This document shows positions 1 to 10,887 of a DNA stretch of 64,000 bases, piece after piece. This DNA is from Escherichia coli. GTDB taxonomy: Bacteria; Pseudomonadota; Gammaproteobacteria; Enterobacterales; Enterobacteriaceae. The number at the start of each line of letters is the position of its first letter. The stretch's first letter is position 1. Location of the stretch: assembly GCF_003334255.1 (NCBI RefSeq), contig NZ_QOWU01000024.1. One strand, given 5' to 3'. Both the position numbers and the translations under genes were made by a program. The notes under the pieces were generated by a model. It worked only from the letters and a program-made list of their open reading frames with translations, searched no databases and had not been told where the DNA came from.

Positions 1-2
1 GT

Positions 3-24
3 TATCAATAATATTATCAATATA
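3..24. promoter_or_regulatory. Fur-box-like AT-rich site in the fepA-fes divergent promoter region
   Basis: Sequence ttatcaataatattatcaatat resembles the Fur consensus GATAATGATAATCATTATC; lies directly upstream of fes. Exact site not verified. Confidence 0.45.
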
Positions 25-70
25 TTTCTGCAATCAATGAAAAATTGCACAGTAAACATGGGGTTATGGT

Positions 71-1273
71 GTGACGGCGTTAAAAGTAGGAAGTGAGAGC
101 TGGTGGCAGTCGAAACATGGCCCGGAATGGCAGCGTCTGAATGACGAAATGTTTGAGGTCACTTTCTGGTGGCGTGATCCCCAAGGTTCTGAAGAATACT
201 CGACGATAAAGCGCGTATGGGTCTACATCACTGGTGTGACCGATCACCATCAGAACAGCCAGCCCCAGTCGATGCAGCGAATTGCAGGCACTAACGTCTG
301 GCAGTGGACGACACAACTCAATGCCAACTGGCGCGGCAGCTACTGCTTTATTCCCACCGAACGCGATGACATTTTTTCTGTACCATCCCCCGATCGCCTC
401 GAATTGCGCGAAGGCTGGCGAAAACTATTACCCCAGGCGATAGCCGATCCGCTGAACCTACAAAGCTGGAAAGGCGGGCGAGGGCACGCTGTTTCTGCAC
501 TCGAAATGCCGCAAGCGCCTCTGCAACCGGGATGGGATTGTCCGCAAGCGCCAGAAATACCTGCCAAAGAAATTATCTGGAAAAGTGAACGGTTGAAAAA
601 GTCACGGCGTGTATGGATTTTTACCACCGGCGATGCAACAGCAGAAGAACGCCCGCTGGCAGTTTTGCTCGATGGCGAATTTTGGGCGCAAAGTATGCCC
701 GTCTGGCCAGTGCTGACTTCGCTGACCCATCGTCAGCAACTTCCTCCCGCCGTGTATGTGTTGATCGACGCTATCGACACCACGCACCGCGCCCACGAAC
801 TGCCGTGTAATGCGGATTTCTGGCTCGCAGTACAGCAAGAGTTATTACCCCTGGTGAAAGCTATTGCCCCTTTTAGCGATCGTGCCGATCGCACCGTGGT
901 TGCCGGGCAGAGTTTTGGTGGGTTTTCCGCGCTGTATGCCGGACTGCACTGGCCTGAACGCTTTGGCTGTGTATTAAGCCAGTCAGGATCGTACTGGTGG
1001 CCGCATCGGGGCGGGCAGCAAGAGGGCGTGTTACTTGAAAAGCTAAAAGCTGGTGAAGTTAGCGCCGAAGGTCTGCGCATTGTGCTGGAAGCGGGTATTC
1101 GCGAGCCGATGATCATGCGGGCCAATCAGGCGCTGTATGCGCAATTACACCCCATAAAAGAATCCATTTTCTGGCGTCAGGTTGACGGCGGACATGATGC
1201 GCTTTGTTGGCGCGGTGGCTTGATGCAGGGGCTAATCGACCTCTGGCAACCACTTTTCCATGACAGGAGTTGA
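71..1273 (+). CDS. fes: Enterochelin (ferric enterobactin) esterase Fes
   Basis: 400-aa ORF with GTG start at 71; translation recognised as Fes (esterase/lipase-type GQSFGG motif). The older shorter start annotation cannot be excluded. Confidence 0.9.
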   Translation: MTALKVGSESWWQSKHGPEWQRLNDEMFEVTFWWRDPQGSEEYSTIKRVWVYITGVTDHHQNSQPQSMQRIAGTNVWQWTTQLNANWRGSYCFIPTERDDIFSVPSPDRLELREGWRKLLPQAIADPLNLQSWKGGRGHAVSALEMPQAPLQPGWDCPQAPEIPAKEIIWKSERLKKSRRVWIFTTGDATAEERPLAVLLDGEFWAQSMPVWPVLTSLTHRQQLPPAVYVLIDAIDTTHRAHELPCNADFWLAVQQELLPLVKAIAPFSDRADRTVVAGQSFGGFSALYAGLHWPERFGCVLSQSGSYWWPHRGGQQEGVLLEKLKAGEVSAEGLRIVLEAGIREPMIMRANQALYAQLHPIKESIFWRQVDGGHDALCWRGGLMQGLIDLWQPLFHDRS

Positions 1274-1275
1274 AT

Positions 1276-1494
1276 ATGGCATTCAGTAATCCCTTCGATG
1301 ATCCGCAGGGAGCGTTTTACATATTGCGCAATGCGCAGGGGCAATTCAGTCTGTGGCCGCAACAATGCGTCTTACCGGCAGGCTGGGACATTGTGTGTCA
1401 GCCGCAGTCACAGGCGTCCTGCCAGCAGTGGCTGGAAGCCCACTGGCGTACTCTGACACCGACGAATTTTACCCAGTTGCAGGAGGCACAATGA
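1276..1494 (+). CDS. ybdZ: MbtH-like protein of the enterobactin synthetase
   Basis: 72-aa product starting MAFSNPFDD at ATG 1276; stop overlaps the entF start (ATGA at 1491-1494). Confidence 0.9.
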   Translation: MAFSNPFDDPQGAFYILRNAQGQFSLWPQQCVLPAGWDIVCQPQSQASCQQWLEAHWRTLTPTNFTQLQEAQ

Positions 1495-4400
1495 GCCAGC
1501 ATTTACCTTTGGTCGCCGCACAGCCCGGCATCTGGATGGCAGAAAAACTGTCAGAATTACCCTCCGCCTGGAGCGTGGCGCATTACGTTGAGTTAACCGG
1601 AGAGGTTGATTCGCCATTACTGGCCCGCGCGGTGGTTGCCGGACTAGCGCAAGCAGATACGCTGCGGATGCGTTTTACGGAAGATAACGGCGAAGTCTGG
1701 CAGTGGGTCGATGATGCGCTGACGTTCGAACTGCCAGAAATTATCGACCTACGAACCAACATTGATCCGCACGGTACTGCGCAGGCATTAATGCAGGCGG
1801 ATTTGCAACAAGATCTGCGCGTCGATAGCGGTAAACCACTGGTCTTTCATCAGCTGATACAGGTGGCGGATAACCGCTGGTACTGGTATCAGCGTTATCA
1901 CCATTTGCTGGTCGATGGCTTTAGTTTCCCGGCCATTACCCGCCAGATCGCCAATATTTACTGCACATGGCTGCGTGGCGAACCAACGCCTGCTTCGCCA
2001 TTTACGCCTTTCGCTGATGTAGTGGAAGAGTACCAGCAATACCGCGAAAGCGAAGCCTGGCAGCGTGATGCGGCATTCTGGGCAGAACAGCGTCGTCAAC
2101 TGCCGCCGCCCGCGTCACTTTCTCCGGCACCTTTACCGGGGCGCAGCGCCTCGGCAGATATTCTGCGCCTGAAACTGGAATTTACCGACGGGGAATTCCG
2201 CCAGCTGGCTACGCAACTTTCAGGTGTGCAGCGTACCGATTTAGCCCTTGCGCTGGCAGCCTTGTGGCTGGGGCGATTGTGCAATCGTATGGACTACGCC
2301 GCCGGATTTATCTTTATGCGTCGACTGGGCTCGGCGGCGCTGACGGCTACCGGACCCGTGCTCAACGTTTTGCCGTTGGGTATTCACATTGCGGCGCAAG
2401 AAACGCTGCCGGAACTGGCAACCCGACTGGCAGCACAACTGAAAAAAATGCGTCGTCATCAACGTTACGATGCCGAACAAATTGTCCGTGACAGCGGGCG
2501 AGCGGCAGGTGATGAACCGCTGTTTGGTCCGGTACTCAATATCAAGGTATTTGATTACCAACTGGATATTCCTGATGTTCAGGCGCAAACCCATACCCTG
2601 GCAACCGGTCCGGTTAATGACCTTGAACTGGCCCTGTTCCCGGATGTACACGGTGATTTGAGTATTGAGATCCTCGCCAATAAACAGCGTTACGATGAGC
2701 CAACGTTAATCCAGCATGCTGAACGCCTGAAAATGCTGATTGCCCAGTTCGCCGCGGATCCGGCGCTGTTGTGCGGCGATGTCGATATTATGCTGCCAGG
2801 TGAGTATGCGCAGCTGGCGCAGCTCAACGCCACTCAGGTTGAGATTCCAGAAACCACGCTTAGCGCGCTGGTGGCAGAACAAGCGGCAAAAACACCGGAT
2901 GCTCCGGCGCTGGCAGATGCGCGTTACCTGTTCAGCTATCGGGAAATGCGCGAGCAGGTGGTGGCGCTGGCGAATCTGCTGCGTGAGCGCGGCGTTAAAC
3001 CAGGGGACAGCGTGGCGGTGGCACTACCGCGCTCGGTCTTTTTGACCCTGGCACTCCATGCGATAGTTGAAGCTGGAGCGGCCTGGCTACCGCTGGATAC
3101 CGGCTATCCGGACGATCGCCTGAAAATGATGCTGGAAGATGCGCGTCCGTCGCTGTTAATTACCACCGACGATCAACTGCCGCGCTTTAGCGATGTTCCC
3201 AATTTAACAAGCCTTTGCTATAACGCCCCGCTTACACCGCAGGGCAGTGCGCCGCTGCAACTTTCACAACCGCATCACACGGCTTATATCATCTTTACCT
3301 CTGGCTCCACCGGCAGGCCGAAAGGGGTAATGGTCGGGCAGACGGCTATCGTCAACCGCCTGCTTTGGATGCAAAATCATTATCCGCTTACAGGCGAAGA
3401 TGTCGTTGCCCAAAAAACGCCGTGCAGTTTTGATGTCTCGGTGTGGGAGTTTTTCTGGCCGTTTATCGCAGGGGCAAAACTGGTGATGGCTGAACCGGAA
3501 GCGCACCGCGACCCGCTCGCTATGCAGCAATTCTTTGCCGAATATGGCGTAACGACCACGCACTTTGTGCCGTCGATGCTGGCGGCATTTGTTGCCTCGC
3601 TGACGCCGCAAACCGCTCGCCAGAGTTGCGCGACGTTGAAACAGGTTTTCTGTAGTGGTGAGGCCTTACCGGCTGATTTATGCCGCGAATGGCAACAGTT
3701 AACTGGCGCGCCGTTGCATAATCTATATGGCCCGACGGAAGCGGCGGTAGATGTCAGCTGGTATCCGGCTTTTGGCGAGGAACTGGCACAGGTGCGCGGC
3801 AGCAGTGTGCCGATTGGTTATCCGGTATGGAATACGGGTCTGCGTATTCTTGATGCGATGATGCATCCGGTGCCGCCGGGTGTGGCGGGTGATCTCTATC
3901 TCACTGGCATTCAACTGGCGCAGGGCTATCTCGGACGCCCCGATCTGACCGCCAGCCGCTTTATTGCCGATCCTTTTGCCCCAGGTGAACGGATGTACCG
4001 TACCGGAGACGTTGCCCGCTGGCTGGATAACGGCGCGGTGGAGTACCTCGGGCGCAGTGATGATCAGCTAAAAATTCGCGGGCAGCGTATCGAACTGGGC
4101 GAAATCGATCGCGTGATGCAGGCGCTGCCGGATGTCGAACAAGCCGTTACCCACGCCTGTGTGATTAACCAGGCGGCTGCCACCGGTGGTGATGCGCGTC
4201 AATTGGTGGGCTATCTGGTGTCGCAATCGGGCCTGCCGTTGGATACCAGCGCATTGCAGGCGCAGCTTCGTGAAACATTGCCACCACATATGGTACCGGT
4301 GGTTCTGCTGCAACTTCCACAGTTACCACTTAGCGCCAACGGCAAGCTGGATCGCAAAGCCTTACCGTTGCCTGAACTGAAGGCACAAGCGCCAGGGCGT

Positions 4401-5372
4401 GCGCCGAAAGCGGGCAGTGAAACGATTATCGCCGCGGCATTCTCGTCGTTGCTGGGGTGTGACGTGCAGGATGCCGATGCTGATTTCTTCGCGCTTGGCG
4501 GTCATTCGCTACTGGCAATGAAACTGGCAGCGCAGTTAAGTCGGCAGGTTGCCCGCCAGGTGACGCCGGGGCAAGTGATGGTCGCGTCAACTGTCGCCAA
4601 ACTGGCAACGATTATTGATGCTGAAGAAGACAGCACCCGGCGTATGGGATTCGAAACCATTCTGCCGTTGCGTGAAGGTAATGGCCCGACGCTGTTTTGT
4701 TTCCATCCTGCGTCCGGTTTTGCCTGGCAGTTCAGCGTGCTCTCGCGTTATCTCGATCCACAATGGTCGATTATCGGCATTCAGTCACCGCGCCCCAATG
4801 GCCCCATGCAGACGGCGGCAAACCTGGATGAAGTCTGCGAAGCGCATCTGGCAACGTTACTTGAACAACAACCGCATGGCCCTTATTACCTGCTGGGGTA
4901 TTCCCTTGGCGGTACGCTGGCGCAGGGTATTGCGGCGCGACTGCGTGCCCGTGGCGAACAGGTGGCATTTCTTGGCTTGCTGGATACCTGGCCGCCAGAA
5001 ACGCAAAACTGGCAGGAAAAAGAAGCTAATGGTCTGGACCCGGAAGTGCTGGCGGAGATTAACCGCGAACGCGAGGCCTTCCTGGCAGCACAGCAGGGAA
5101 GTACTTCAACGGAGTTGTTTACCACCATTGAAGGCAACTACGCTGATGCTGTGCGCCTGCTGACGACTGCTCATAGCGTACCGTTTGACGGTAAAGCGAC
5201 GCTGTTTGTTGCTGAACGCACACTTCAGGAAGGTATGAGTCCCGAACGCGCCTGGTCGCCGTGGATAGCGGAGCTGGATATCTATCGTCAGGATTGTGCG
5301 CATGTGGATATTATCTCTCCAGGGACGTTTGAAAAAATTGGGCCGATTATTCGCGCAACGCTAAACAGGTAA
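1491..5372 (+). CDS. entF: Enterobactin non-ribosomal peptide synthetase component F (C-A-PCP-TE, serine-activating)
   Basis: ATG at 1491 gives MSQHLPLVAAQPGIW, 1293 aa. Visible NRPS motifs: HHLLVDG (condensation), FTSGSTGRPKG (adenylation), GGHSL (PCP), GYSLGG (thioesterase). The ORF-track start at 1353 is an in-frame upstream extension. Confidence 0.95.
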   Translation: MSQHLPLVAAQPGIWMAEKLSELPSAWSVAHYVELTGEVDSPLLARAVVAGLAQADTLRMRFTEDNGEVWQWVDDALTFELPEIIDLRTNIDPHGTAQALMQADLQQDLRVDSGKPLVFHQLIQVADNRWYWYQRYHHLLVDGFSFPAITRQIANIYCTWLRGEPTPASPFTPFADVVEEYQQYRESEAWQRDAAFWAEQRRQLPPPASLSPAPLPGRSASADILRLKLEFTDGEFRQLATQLSGVQRTDLALALAALWLGRLCNRMDYAAGFIFMRRLGSAALTATGPVLNVLPLGIHIAAQETLPELATRLAAQLKKMRRHQRYDAEQIVRDSGRAAGDEPLFGPVLNIKVFDYQLDIPDVQAQTHTLATGPVNDLELALFPDVHGDLSIEILANKQRYDEPTLIQHAERLKMLIAQFAADPALLCGDVDIMLPGEYAQLAQLNATQVEIPETTLSALVAEQAAKTPDAPALADARYLFSYREMREQVVALANLLRERGVKPGDSVAVALPRSVFLTLALHAIVEAGAAWLPLDTGYPDDRLKMMLEDARPSLLITTDDQLPRFSDVPNLTSLCYNAPLTPQGSAPLQLSQPHHTAYIIFTSGSTGRPKGVMVGQTAIVNRLLWMQNHYPLTGEDVVAQKTPCSFDVSVWEFFWPFIAGAKLVMAEPEAHRDPLAMQQFFAEYGVTTTHFVPSMLAAFVASLTPQTARQSCATLKQVFCSGEALPADLCREWQQLTGAPLHNLYGPTEAAVDVSWYPAFGEELAQVRGSSVPIGYPVWNTGLRILDAMMHPVPPGVAGDLYLTGIQLAQGYLGRPDLTASRFIADPFAPGERMYRTGDVARWLDNGAVEYLGRSDDQLKIRGQRIELGEIDRVMQALPDVEQAVTHACVINQAAATGGDARQLVGYLVSQSGLPLDTSALQAQLRETLPPHMVPVVLLQLPQLPLSANGKLDRKALPLPELKAQAPGRAPKAGSETIIAAAFSSLLGCDVQDADADFFALGGHSLLAMKLAAQLSRQVARQVTPGQVMVASTVAKLATIIDAEEDSTRRMGFETILPLREGNGPTLFCFHPASGFAWQFSVLSRYLDPQWSIIGIQSPRPNGPMQTAANLDEVCEAHLATLLEQQPHGPYYLLGYSLGGTLAQGIAARLRARGEQVAFLGLLDTWPPETQNWQEKEANGLDPEVLAEINREREAFLAAQQGSTSTELFTTIEGNYADAVRLLTTAHSVPFDGKATLFVAERTLQEGMSPERAWSPWIAELDIYRQDCAHVDIISPGTFEKIGPIIRATLNR

Positions 5373-5387
5373 ATTAATATTATTTAT

Positions 5388-5426
5388 AAACCCATAATTA
5401 CAGAAAATAATTATGGGTTTTTTATT
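5388..5426 (+). terminator. Rho-independent terminator downstream of entF
   Basis: Perfect 10-bp stem cccataatta / taattatggg (5391-5400 and 5408-5417) with a 7-nt loop, followed by a T-run. Confidence 0.7.
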
Positions 5427-5587
5427 TGTTTGATTTATAGGTTTGATGAATATTTCTCTTAAATAGAGTGAATGTTGCATTCAGTGGAAGGAATTTACAA
5501 ACTTCAGCTTCGGATAATTATCACCAACTGGTAAAGTGAGCGCCGTGGAGATTTCCCCCTATTGGACTCATTTTCAGGTTATACCCC

Positions 5588-6721
5588 ATGTCATCACTGA
5601 ATATTAAACAGGGAAGTGACGCTCATTTTCCCGATTATCCTCTGGCGTCGCCCAGTAATAATGAAATTGATTTACTTAATCTAATCTCAGTTTTATGGCG
5701 GGCCAAAAAAACGGTCATGGCGGTCGTTTTTGCGTTTGCCTGCGCAGGCTTGCTGATCTCTTTCATCCTGCCGCAAAAATGGACCAGCGCGGCGGTTGTC
5801 ACGCCTCCAGAACCTGTTCAGTGGCAAGAGTTGGAGAAATCATTCACTAAGCTTCGTGTGCTGGATCTGGATATCAAAATTGATCGTACAGAAGCATTTA
5901 ACCTGTTTATCAAGAAGTTTCAGTCGGTTAGCTTGCTGGAAGAGTACCTGCGTTCATCACCTTATGTGATGGACCAATTAAAAGAGGCGAAAATCGACGA
6001 ACTGGATTTGCATCGCGCAATTGTCGCATTGAGCGAAAAAATGAAAGCGGTTGATGACAATGCCAGTAAGAAAAAAGATGAACCGTCACTGTATACCTCC
6101 TGGACGCTAAGTTTTACCGCGCCAACCAGTGAAGAGGCGCAGACCGTTTTGAGCGGGTATATCGATTATATCTCTACGTTGGTGGTGAAAGAGTCGCTAG
6201 AAAACGTCCGTAATAAACTGGAGATCAAAACCCAGTTTGAAAAAGAAAAACTGGCTCAGGATCGCATTAAAACGAAAAATCAACTTGATGCAAACATTCA
6301 GCGCCTCAATTATTCACTCGACATTGCCAACGCGGCAGGAATTAAAAAGCCCGTTTACAGTAATGGTCAGGCCGTTAAAGATGACCCCGATTTTTCTATT
6401 TCTCTCGGTGCAGACGGTATTGAACGCAAACTGGAAATAGAAAAAGCGGTCACTGACGTTGCGGAACTGAACGGTGAATTACGTAATCGGCAGTATCTTG
6501 TCGAGCAATTAACAAAAGCACATGTCAACGATGTGAATTTTACGCCGTTTAAATATCAGTTAAGCCCGTCATTGCCAGTGAAAAAAGACGGTCCGGGTAA
6601 GGCGATTATTGTGATCCTTTCCGCGTTGATCGGCGGGATGGTGGCTTGTGGTGGCGTGCTGTTGCGCTATGCGATGGCATCCAGAAAACAGGATGCCATG
6701 ATGGCAGACCACTTAGTTTAA
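5588..6721 (+). CDS. fepE: Polysaccharide co-polymerase (Wzz-like) FepE, regulator of very long O-antigen chain length
   Basis: 377-aa ORF with N- and C-terminal hydrophobic segments flanking a coiled-coil-like domain; recognised as FepE. Confidence 0.9.
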   Translation: MSSLNIKQGSDAHFPDYPLASPSNNEIDLLNLISVLWRAKKTVMAVVFAFACAGLLISFILPQKWTSAAVVTPPEPVQWQELEKSFTKLRVLDLDIKIDRTEAFNLFIKKFQSVSLLEEYLRSSPYVMDQLKEAKIDELDLHRAIVALSEKMKAVDDNASKKKDEPSLYTSWTLSFTAPTSEEAQTVLSGYIDYISTLVVKESLENVRNKLEIKTQFEKEKLAQDRIKTKNQLDANIQRLNYSLDIANAAGIKKPVYSNGQAVKDDPDFSISLGADGIERKLEIEKAVTDVAELNGELRNRQYLVEQLTKAHVNDVNFTPFKYQLSPSLPVKKDGPGKAIIVILSALIGGMVACGGVLLRYAMASRKQDAMMADHLV

Positions 6722-7533
6722 CTATTTGCGGTTGAAGGTGCCGTTCGTCCGAGCGGCACCACAAGCGGCGTTCCGGCAACTGGATCGTCAATGATCATGC
6801 AGCGCAGACCATAAATGCGCTCAATCAGTTCAGCAGTGACAATCTCCTTCGGCGCTCCCTGAGCAACAATTTTCCCTTCCCGCAATGCAATCAAATGGCT
6901 GGCGTAACGACAGGCCTGATTAAGATCGTGCAGCACCGCCGCCAGGGTATAGCCTTTTTCGCGGTTCAGTTCGCTTAACAACTCCAGCAAATCAATCTGA
7001 TGACTGATATCCAGCCAGGTCGTGGGTTCGTCGAGCAGCATAATTGCCGTTTCCTGGGCCAGCACCATCGCGATCCACGCTCGCTGGCGTTGTCCGCCAG
7101 AAAGGGTATCCACGCTTTGATCTGCCAGATGAGTTATTCCCGTGGCCTGCATTGCTTTCGTTACCGCTTCTTCATCCTCTTTGCGCCAGCGGGTAAACAG
7201 CGGTTGATGCGGATAACGTCCACGCGCCACCAGCTCCTGCACGGTGATATCGCCCGGCGTGGTAGCATTTTGCGCCAACAGACCAATCCGGCGTGCAACC
7301 TCTTTACTGGCGTAATGTTGAATGTGCTCGCCATCCAGCCAGACATGCCCATGAGCAGGCGTCATCAGGCGGCTTAAGGTACGCAGTAACGTGGATTTAC
7401 CGCAGCCATTTGGCCCGATAATTGCCGTGAAGTGACCATCAGGTATTTCTACAGTCAGATTTTCCGCAACGGTATATTTGCCATATCCCAGGGTTAACTG
7501 TTCGCCGCGCAAACGGGCTACTGATTCGGTCAT
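6718..7533 (-). CDS. fepC: Ferric enterobactin ABC transporter ATP-binding protein
   Basis: Start trimmed to MTESVARLRG (cat at 7531-7533); Walker A GPNGCGKST and ABC signature LSGGQRQR visible; 271 aa. Confidence 0.9.
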   Translation of the reverse strand: MTESVARLRGEQLTLGYGKYTVAENLTVEIPDGHFTAIIGPNGCGKSTLLRTLSRLMTPAHGHVWLDGEHIQHYASKEVARRIGLLAQNATTPGDITVQELVARGRYPHQPLFTRWRKEDEEAVTKAMQATGITHLADQSVDTLSGGQRQRAWIAMVLAQETAIMLLDEPTTWLDISHQIDLLELLSELNREKGYTLAAVLHDLNQACRYASHLIALREGKIVAQGAPKEIVTAELIERIYGLRCMIIDDPVAGTPLVVPLGRTAPSTANS

Positions 7534-8522
7534 TTTTTGCGAGACTCCTGAATTAACAAGACGATAAGGTAAATACCGCCGAGGCTGACGGTAACGACGC
7601 CAACCGGAAGTTGATACGGCATAAACAGTTGTTGGGCGCAGAGATCGGCCGCCAGCAGTAACAGCGCCCCGCATAGCGCCGCCTGGGTTAGCCCCCAGCG
7701 AGCGGTGCCGCTAATGCGTCGGGCAATGTGCGGTGCGACTAAAGCAATAAAGGAAATCGGCCCGGCAAGCGCTGTTGCCGCAGCGGTAAGCACCACTGCA
7801 ACCAGCATCATTAACAGACGCGAACGTTCGACGCTGACGCCCAGCGCACACGCGGTATCATCGCCCATTTCCAGCAAGCGCATCCGGCGTACCAGTAAGG
7901 CGGCGGCAATGAGCATCAATATAATGATGGGTGCGGAAGGCGAGGTTTTTGCCCACGTCAGGCCGTTGAGCGATCCGGCATTCCACAAACCTGCTGTTAG
8001 CGCCGTTTCTAAAGACGCTTTCAGCAACAGCCAGGTATTAAAGGCCACCAGCATGGCGCGAACGCCGATACCGATAATAATCAACCGAAAGGTGTCGATG
8101 CCGTTGCGCCAGGCGAGCAGCCAGACCAGCAGCGAAGTGACAATGCCGCCCACCATTGCTGACAGCGCGATAGCCGTCAGGTCCTGACCAAACAGCACCA
8201 TCGCCACCAGCACGCCGCTCCACGCCCCGGTGTTAAAGCCCATTACGTCAGGGCTGCCGAGCGGGTTACGCATCAGCGACTGAAAAATCGCGCCACTGAC
8301 GCCCAGTGCTGCGCCAATCAACAGCGCCATCAGCACGCGTGGTAAACGCCATTCGGTGACCACCATCGTCATACTGCGCGGCGCATCGCCCATCAGCGCG
8401 GCGAATACCTGCGAGGTTTCCAGCGTGACGGCACCGCTGCGTAATCCCCAGATACCTGCAACCACACAGGCGGAAACCAGCAGCAAACAGGTGATGAGTA
8501 ATCGGCGAGAGACGTAAATCAT
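7530..8522 (-). CDS. fepG: Ferric enterobactin ABC transporter permease
   Basis: 330-aa polytopic membrane ORF (FecCD family); overlaps fepC and fepD by 4 nt each. Confidence 0.9.
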   Translation of the reverse strand: MIYVSRRLLITCLLLVSACVVAGIWGLRSGAVTLETSQVFAALMGDAPRSMTMVVTEWRLPRVLMALLIGAALGVSGAIFQSLMRNPLGSPDVMGFNTGAWSGVLVAMVLFGQDLTAIALSAMVGGIVTSLLVWLLAWRNGIDTFRLIIIGIGVRAMLVAFNTWLLLKASLETALTAGLWNAGSLNGLTWAKTSPSAPIIILMLIAAALLVRRMRLLEMGDDTACALGVSVERSRLLMMLVAVVLTAAATALAGPISFIALVAPHIARRISGTARWGLTQAALCGALLLLAADLCAQQLFMPYQLPVGVVTVSLGGIYLIVLLIQESRKK

Positions 8523-9523
8523 GCACCACCTCGCGTTTTACGTCGCACGAGGAAGATCAGCACCGGTGCACCAATAAACGCACTGACCACAGAAACGCGC
8601 AGTTCGCCGGGCACAATCACCCGCCCGATGATATCGGCAAACAGCAGCAGGGCAGGGGTAGCAAGTAGCGTGACGGGCAGCGACCAGCGATGATCGGCAC
8701 CCACCAGCCAACGCGCCATATGCGGCATCATCAGGCCAATAAAGGCAATCGGGCCAACTATTGCCGTCGCACTACCACAAAGCACGGTAATCGCCAGCAG
8801 ACCAATCAACTGTGTGCGCGCCACGCGACTGCCCAGCGCCGTCGCGGTGTCGCTGCCGAGGCTCAAACTGTTCAGCGCGCGACTCAGTAATAGCGCAGTT
8901 GCTCCGGCGATCAGCACCGGGATCAGCACCACTTTTAAGGTATGTAGATTGCGAATATCCAGCGAACCGGCTTGCCAGAAACGCAACTGATCGTAGACGT
9001 CAGGATTAAGCAGGGCGATGCCGCTGGTCAGTCCTTCCAGCACCGCCGCCAGCGCCACGCCCGCCAGGGTTAAACGCACCGGACTTAACTGCCCGCCGCC
9101 CTGACTGCCGGTAAAGGCAACAATCAATGAGGCCACCAGCGCCCCGGCGAAGGCCATCGCCAGTTGTTCCTGCGCGGAAGAGTAACCAAACAGCGCCGCA
9201 CCCAGCACAATGGCAAAGCTGGCTCCGGCGTTCACGCCAAGCAAGCCGGGGTCGGCAAGTGGGTTTCGGGTGAGGGTTTGCATTAACGCCCCGGCAAGGC
9301 CAAGCGCGCCGCCTGCCAGTAAACCGGCAAGGGTACGCGGCAGCCGCGCGTCGAGCACGATGGTGCAGTCGGCGCTCTGGCAGGTGCCGGAGAAGGCCTC
9401 CAGCACTACGGAAGCGGGGAGTGATTTTGCCCCAATGAGCAGGCTTAATGCCGTCGCGATAATCAGTAATAACAGCAATCCGGGCACGGCAATGGCGCGT
9501 GTCACGGCAACAGAACCAGACAT
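8519..9523 (-). CDS. fepD: Ferric enterobactin ABC transporter permease
   Basis: FecCD-family permease; start placed at MSGSVAVTRA (334 aa) rather than the 4-codon-longer ORF start at 9535, which I recall as the annotated length. Confidence 0.85.
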   Translation of the reverse strand: MSGSVAVTRAIAVPGLLLLLIIATALSLLIGAKSLPASVVLEAFSGTCQSADCTIVLDARLPRTLAGLLAGGALGLAGALMQTLTRNPLADPGLLGVNAGASFAIVLGAALFGYSSAQEQLAMAFAGALVASLIVAFTGSQGGGQLSPVRLTLAGVALAAVLEGLTSGIALLNPDVYDQLRFWQAGSLDIRNLHTLKVVLIPVLIAGATALLLSRALNSLSLGSDTATALGSRVARTQLIGLLAITVLCGSATAIVGPIAFIGLMMPHMARWLVGADHRWSLPVTLLATPALLLFADIIGRVIVPGELRVSVVSAFIGAPVLIFLVRRKTRGGA

Positions 9524-9535
9524 ACGAACTTCCAT

Positions 9536-9564
9536 GATAATGAAATTAATTATCGTTATCGATC
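9536..9564. promoter_or_regulatory. Fur-box-like site in the fepD / entS divergent promoter
   Basis: gataatgaaattaattatcgttatcgatc, AT-rich with GATAAT / ATTATC repeats typical of Fur boxes; both flanking operons are iron-regulated. Confidence 0.5.
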
Positions 9565-9633
9565 TTATTTGGATATGTTAGCATGTGCAGCCTAAGAATA
9601 GGTATTTAAAATATTTGATGGCAAGGCATTGTA

Positions 9634-10884
9634 ATGAATAAACAATCCTGGCTGCTTAACCTCAGCCTGTTGAAAACGCACCCGGCGTTTCGCGCAGTAT
9701 TCCTCGCTCGTTTCATCTCAATTGTGTCTCTGGGTTTGCTCGGCGTCGCGGTGCCGGTGCAGATCCAGATGATGACACATTCCACCTGGCAGGTGGGGCT
9801 TTCGGTGACGCTGACCGGCGGCGCGATGTTTGTTGGCCTGATGGTCGGCGGTGTGCTGGCGGATCGCTATGAGCGCAAAAAAGTGATTTTGCTGGCGCGC
9901 GGCACCTGTGGCATTGGCTTCATTGGACTGTGCCTTAATGCACTGCTGCCGGAGCCGTCATTGCTGGCAATCTATTTACTTGGTTTATGGGATGGTTTTT
10001 TCGCATCGCTTGGCGTTACGGCGCTATTGGCGGCGACACCAGCACTGGTAGGGCGTGAAAACTTAATGCAGGCCGGGGCGATCACCATGTTGACCGTGCG
10101 TCTGGGGTCGGTGATTTCGCCCATGATTGGCGGTTTATTGCTGGCGACCGGTGGCGTAGCCTGGAACTACGGGCTGGCGGCGGCGGGCACGTTTATTACC
10201 TTGCTACCGTTGTTAAGCCTTCCGGCGTTGCCACCGCCACCGCAGCCGCGTGAGCATCCGTTGAAATCATTACTGGCAGGATTTCGTTTTCTGCTTGCCA
10301 GCCCGCTGGTGGGCGGGATTGCGCTGCTGGGTGGTTTATTGACGATGGCGAGCGCGGTGCGGGTACTGTATCCGGCGCTGGCTGACAACTGGCAGATGTC
10401 AGCGGCACAGATTGGTTTTCTCTACGCGGCGATCCCGCTCGGCGCGGCTATTGGTGCGTTAACCAGCGGGAAGCTGGCACATAGTGCGCGACCAGGGTTA
10501 TTGATGCTGCTCTCCACGCTGGGATCGTTCCTCGCCATTGGTCTGTTTGGCCTGATGCCGATGTGGATTTTAGGCGTGGTTTGTCTGGCGCTGTTCGGCT
10601 GGTTGAGTGCGGTCAGCTCGTTGCTGCAATACACAATGCTGCAAACGCAAACCCCGGAAGCGATGTTAGGGCGGATTAACGGTTTGTGGACGGCGCAGAA
10701 CGTGACGGGCGATGCCATAGGCGCGGCGCTGCTGGGTGGTTTGGGCGCGATGATGACACCGGTTGCTTCCGCAAGCGCGAGCGGTTTTGGTTTGTTGATT
10801 ATCGGCGTGTTGTTATTGCTGGTGCTGGTGGAGTTGCGACATTTTCGCCAGACGCCGCCGCAGGTGACAGCGTCCGACAGTTAA
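9634..10884 (+). CDS. entS: Enterobactin exporter (MFS)
   Basis: 416-aa ORF with about 12 hydrophobic segments; recognised as EntS (YbdA). Confidence 0.9.
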   Translation: MNKQSWLLNLSLLKTHPAFRAVFLARFISIVSLGLLGVAVPVQIQMMTHSTWQVGLSVTLTGGAMFVGLMVGGVLADRYERKKVILLARGTCGIGFIGLCLNALLPEPSLLAIYLLGLWDGFFASLGVTALLAATPALVGRENLMQAGAITMLTVRLGSVISPMIGGLLLATGGVAWNYGLAAAGTFITLLPLLSLPALPPPPQPREHPLKSLLAGFRFLLASPLVGGIALLGGLLTMASAVRVLYPALADNWQMSAAQIGFLYAAIPLGAAIGALTSGKLAHSARPGLLMLLSTLGSFLAIGLFGLMPMWILGVVCLALFGWLSAVSSLLQYTMLQTQTPEAMLGRINGLWTAQNVTGDAIGAALLGGLGAMMTPVASASASGFGLLIIGVLLLLVLVELRHFRQTPPQVTASDS

Positions 10885-10887
10885 TGC

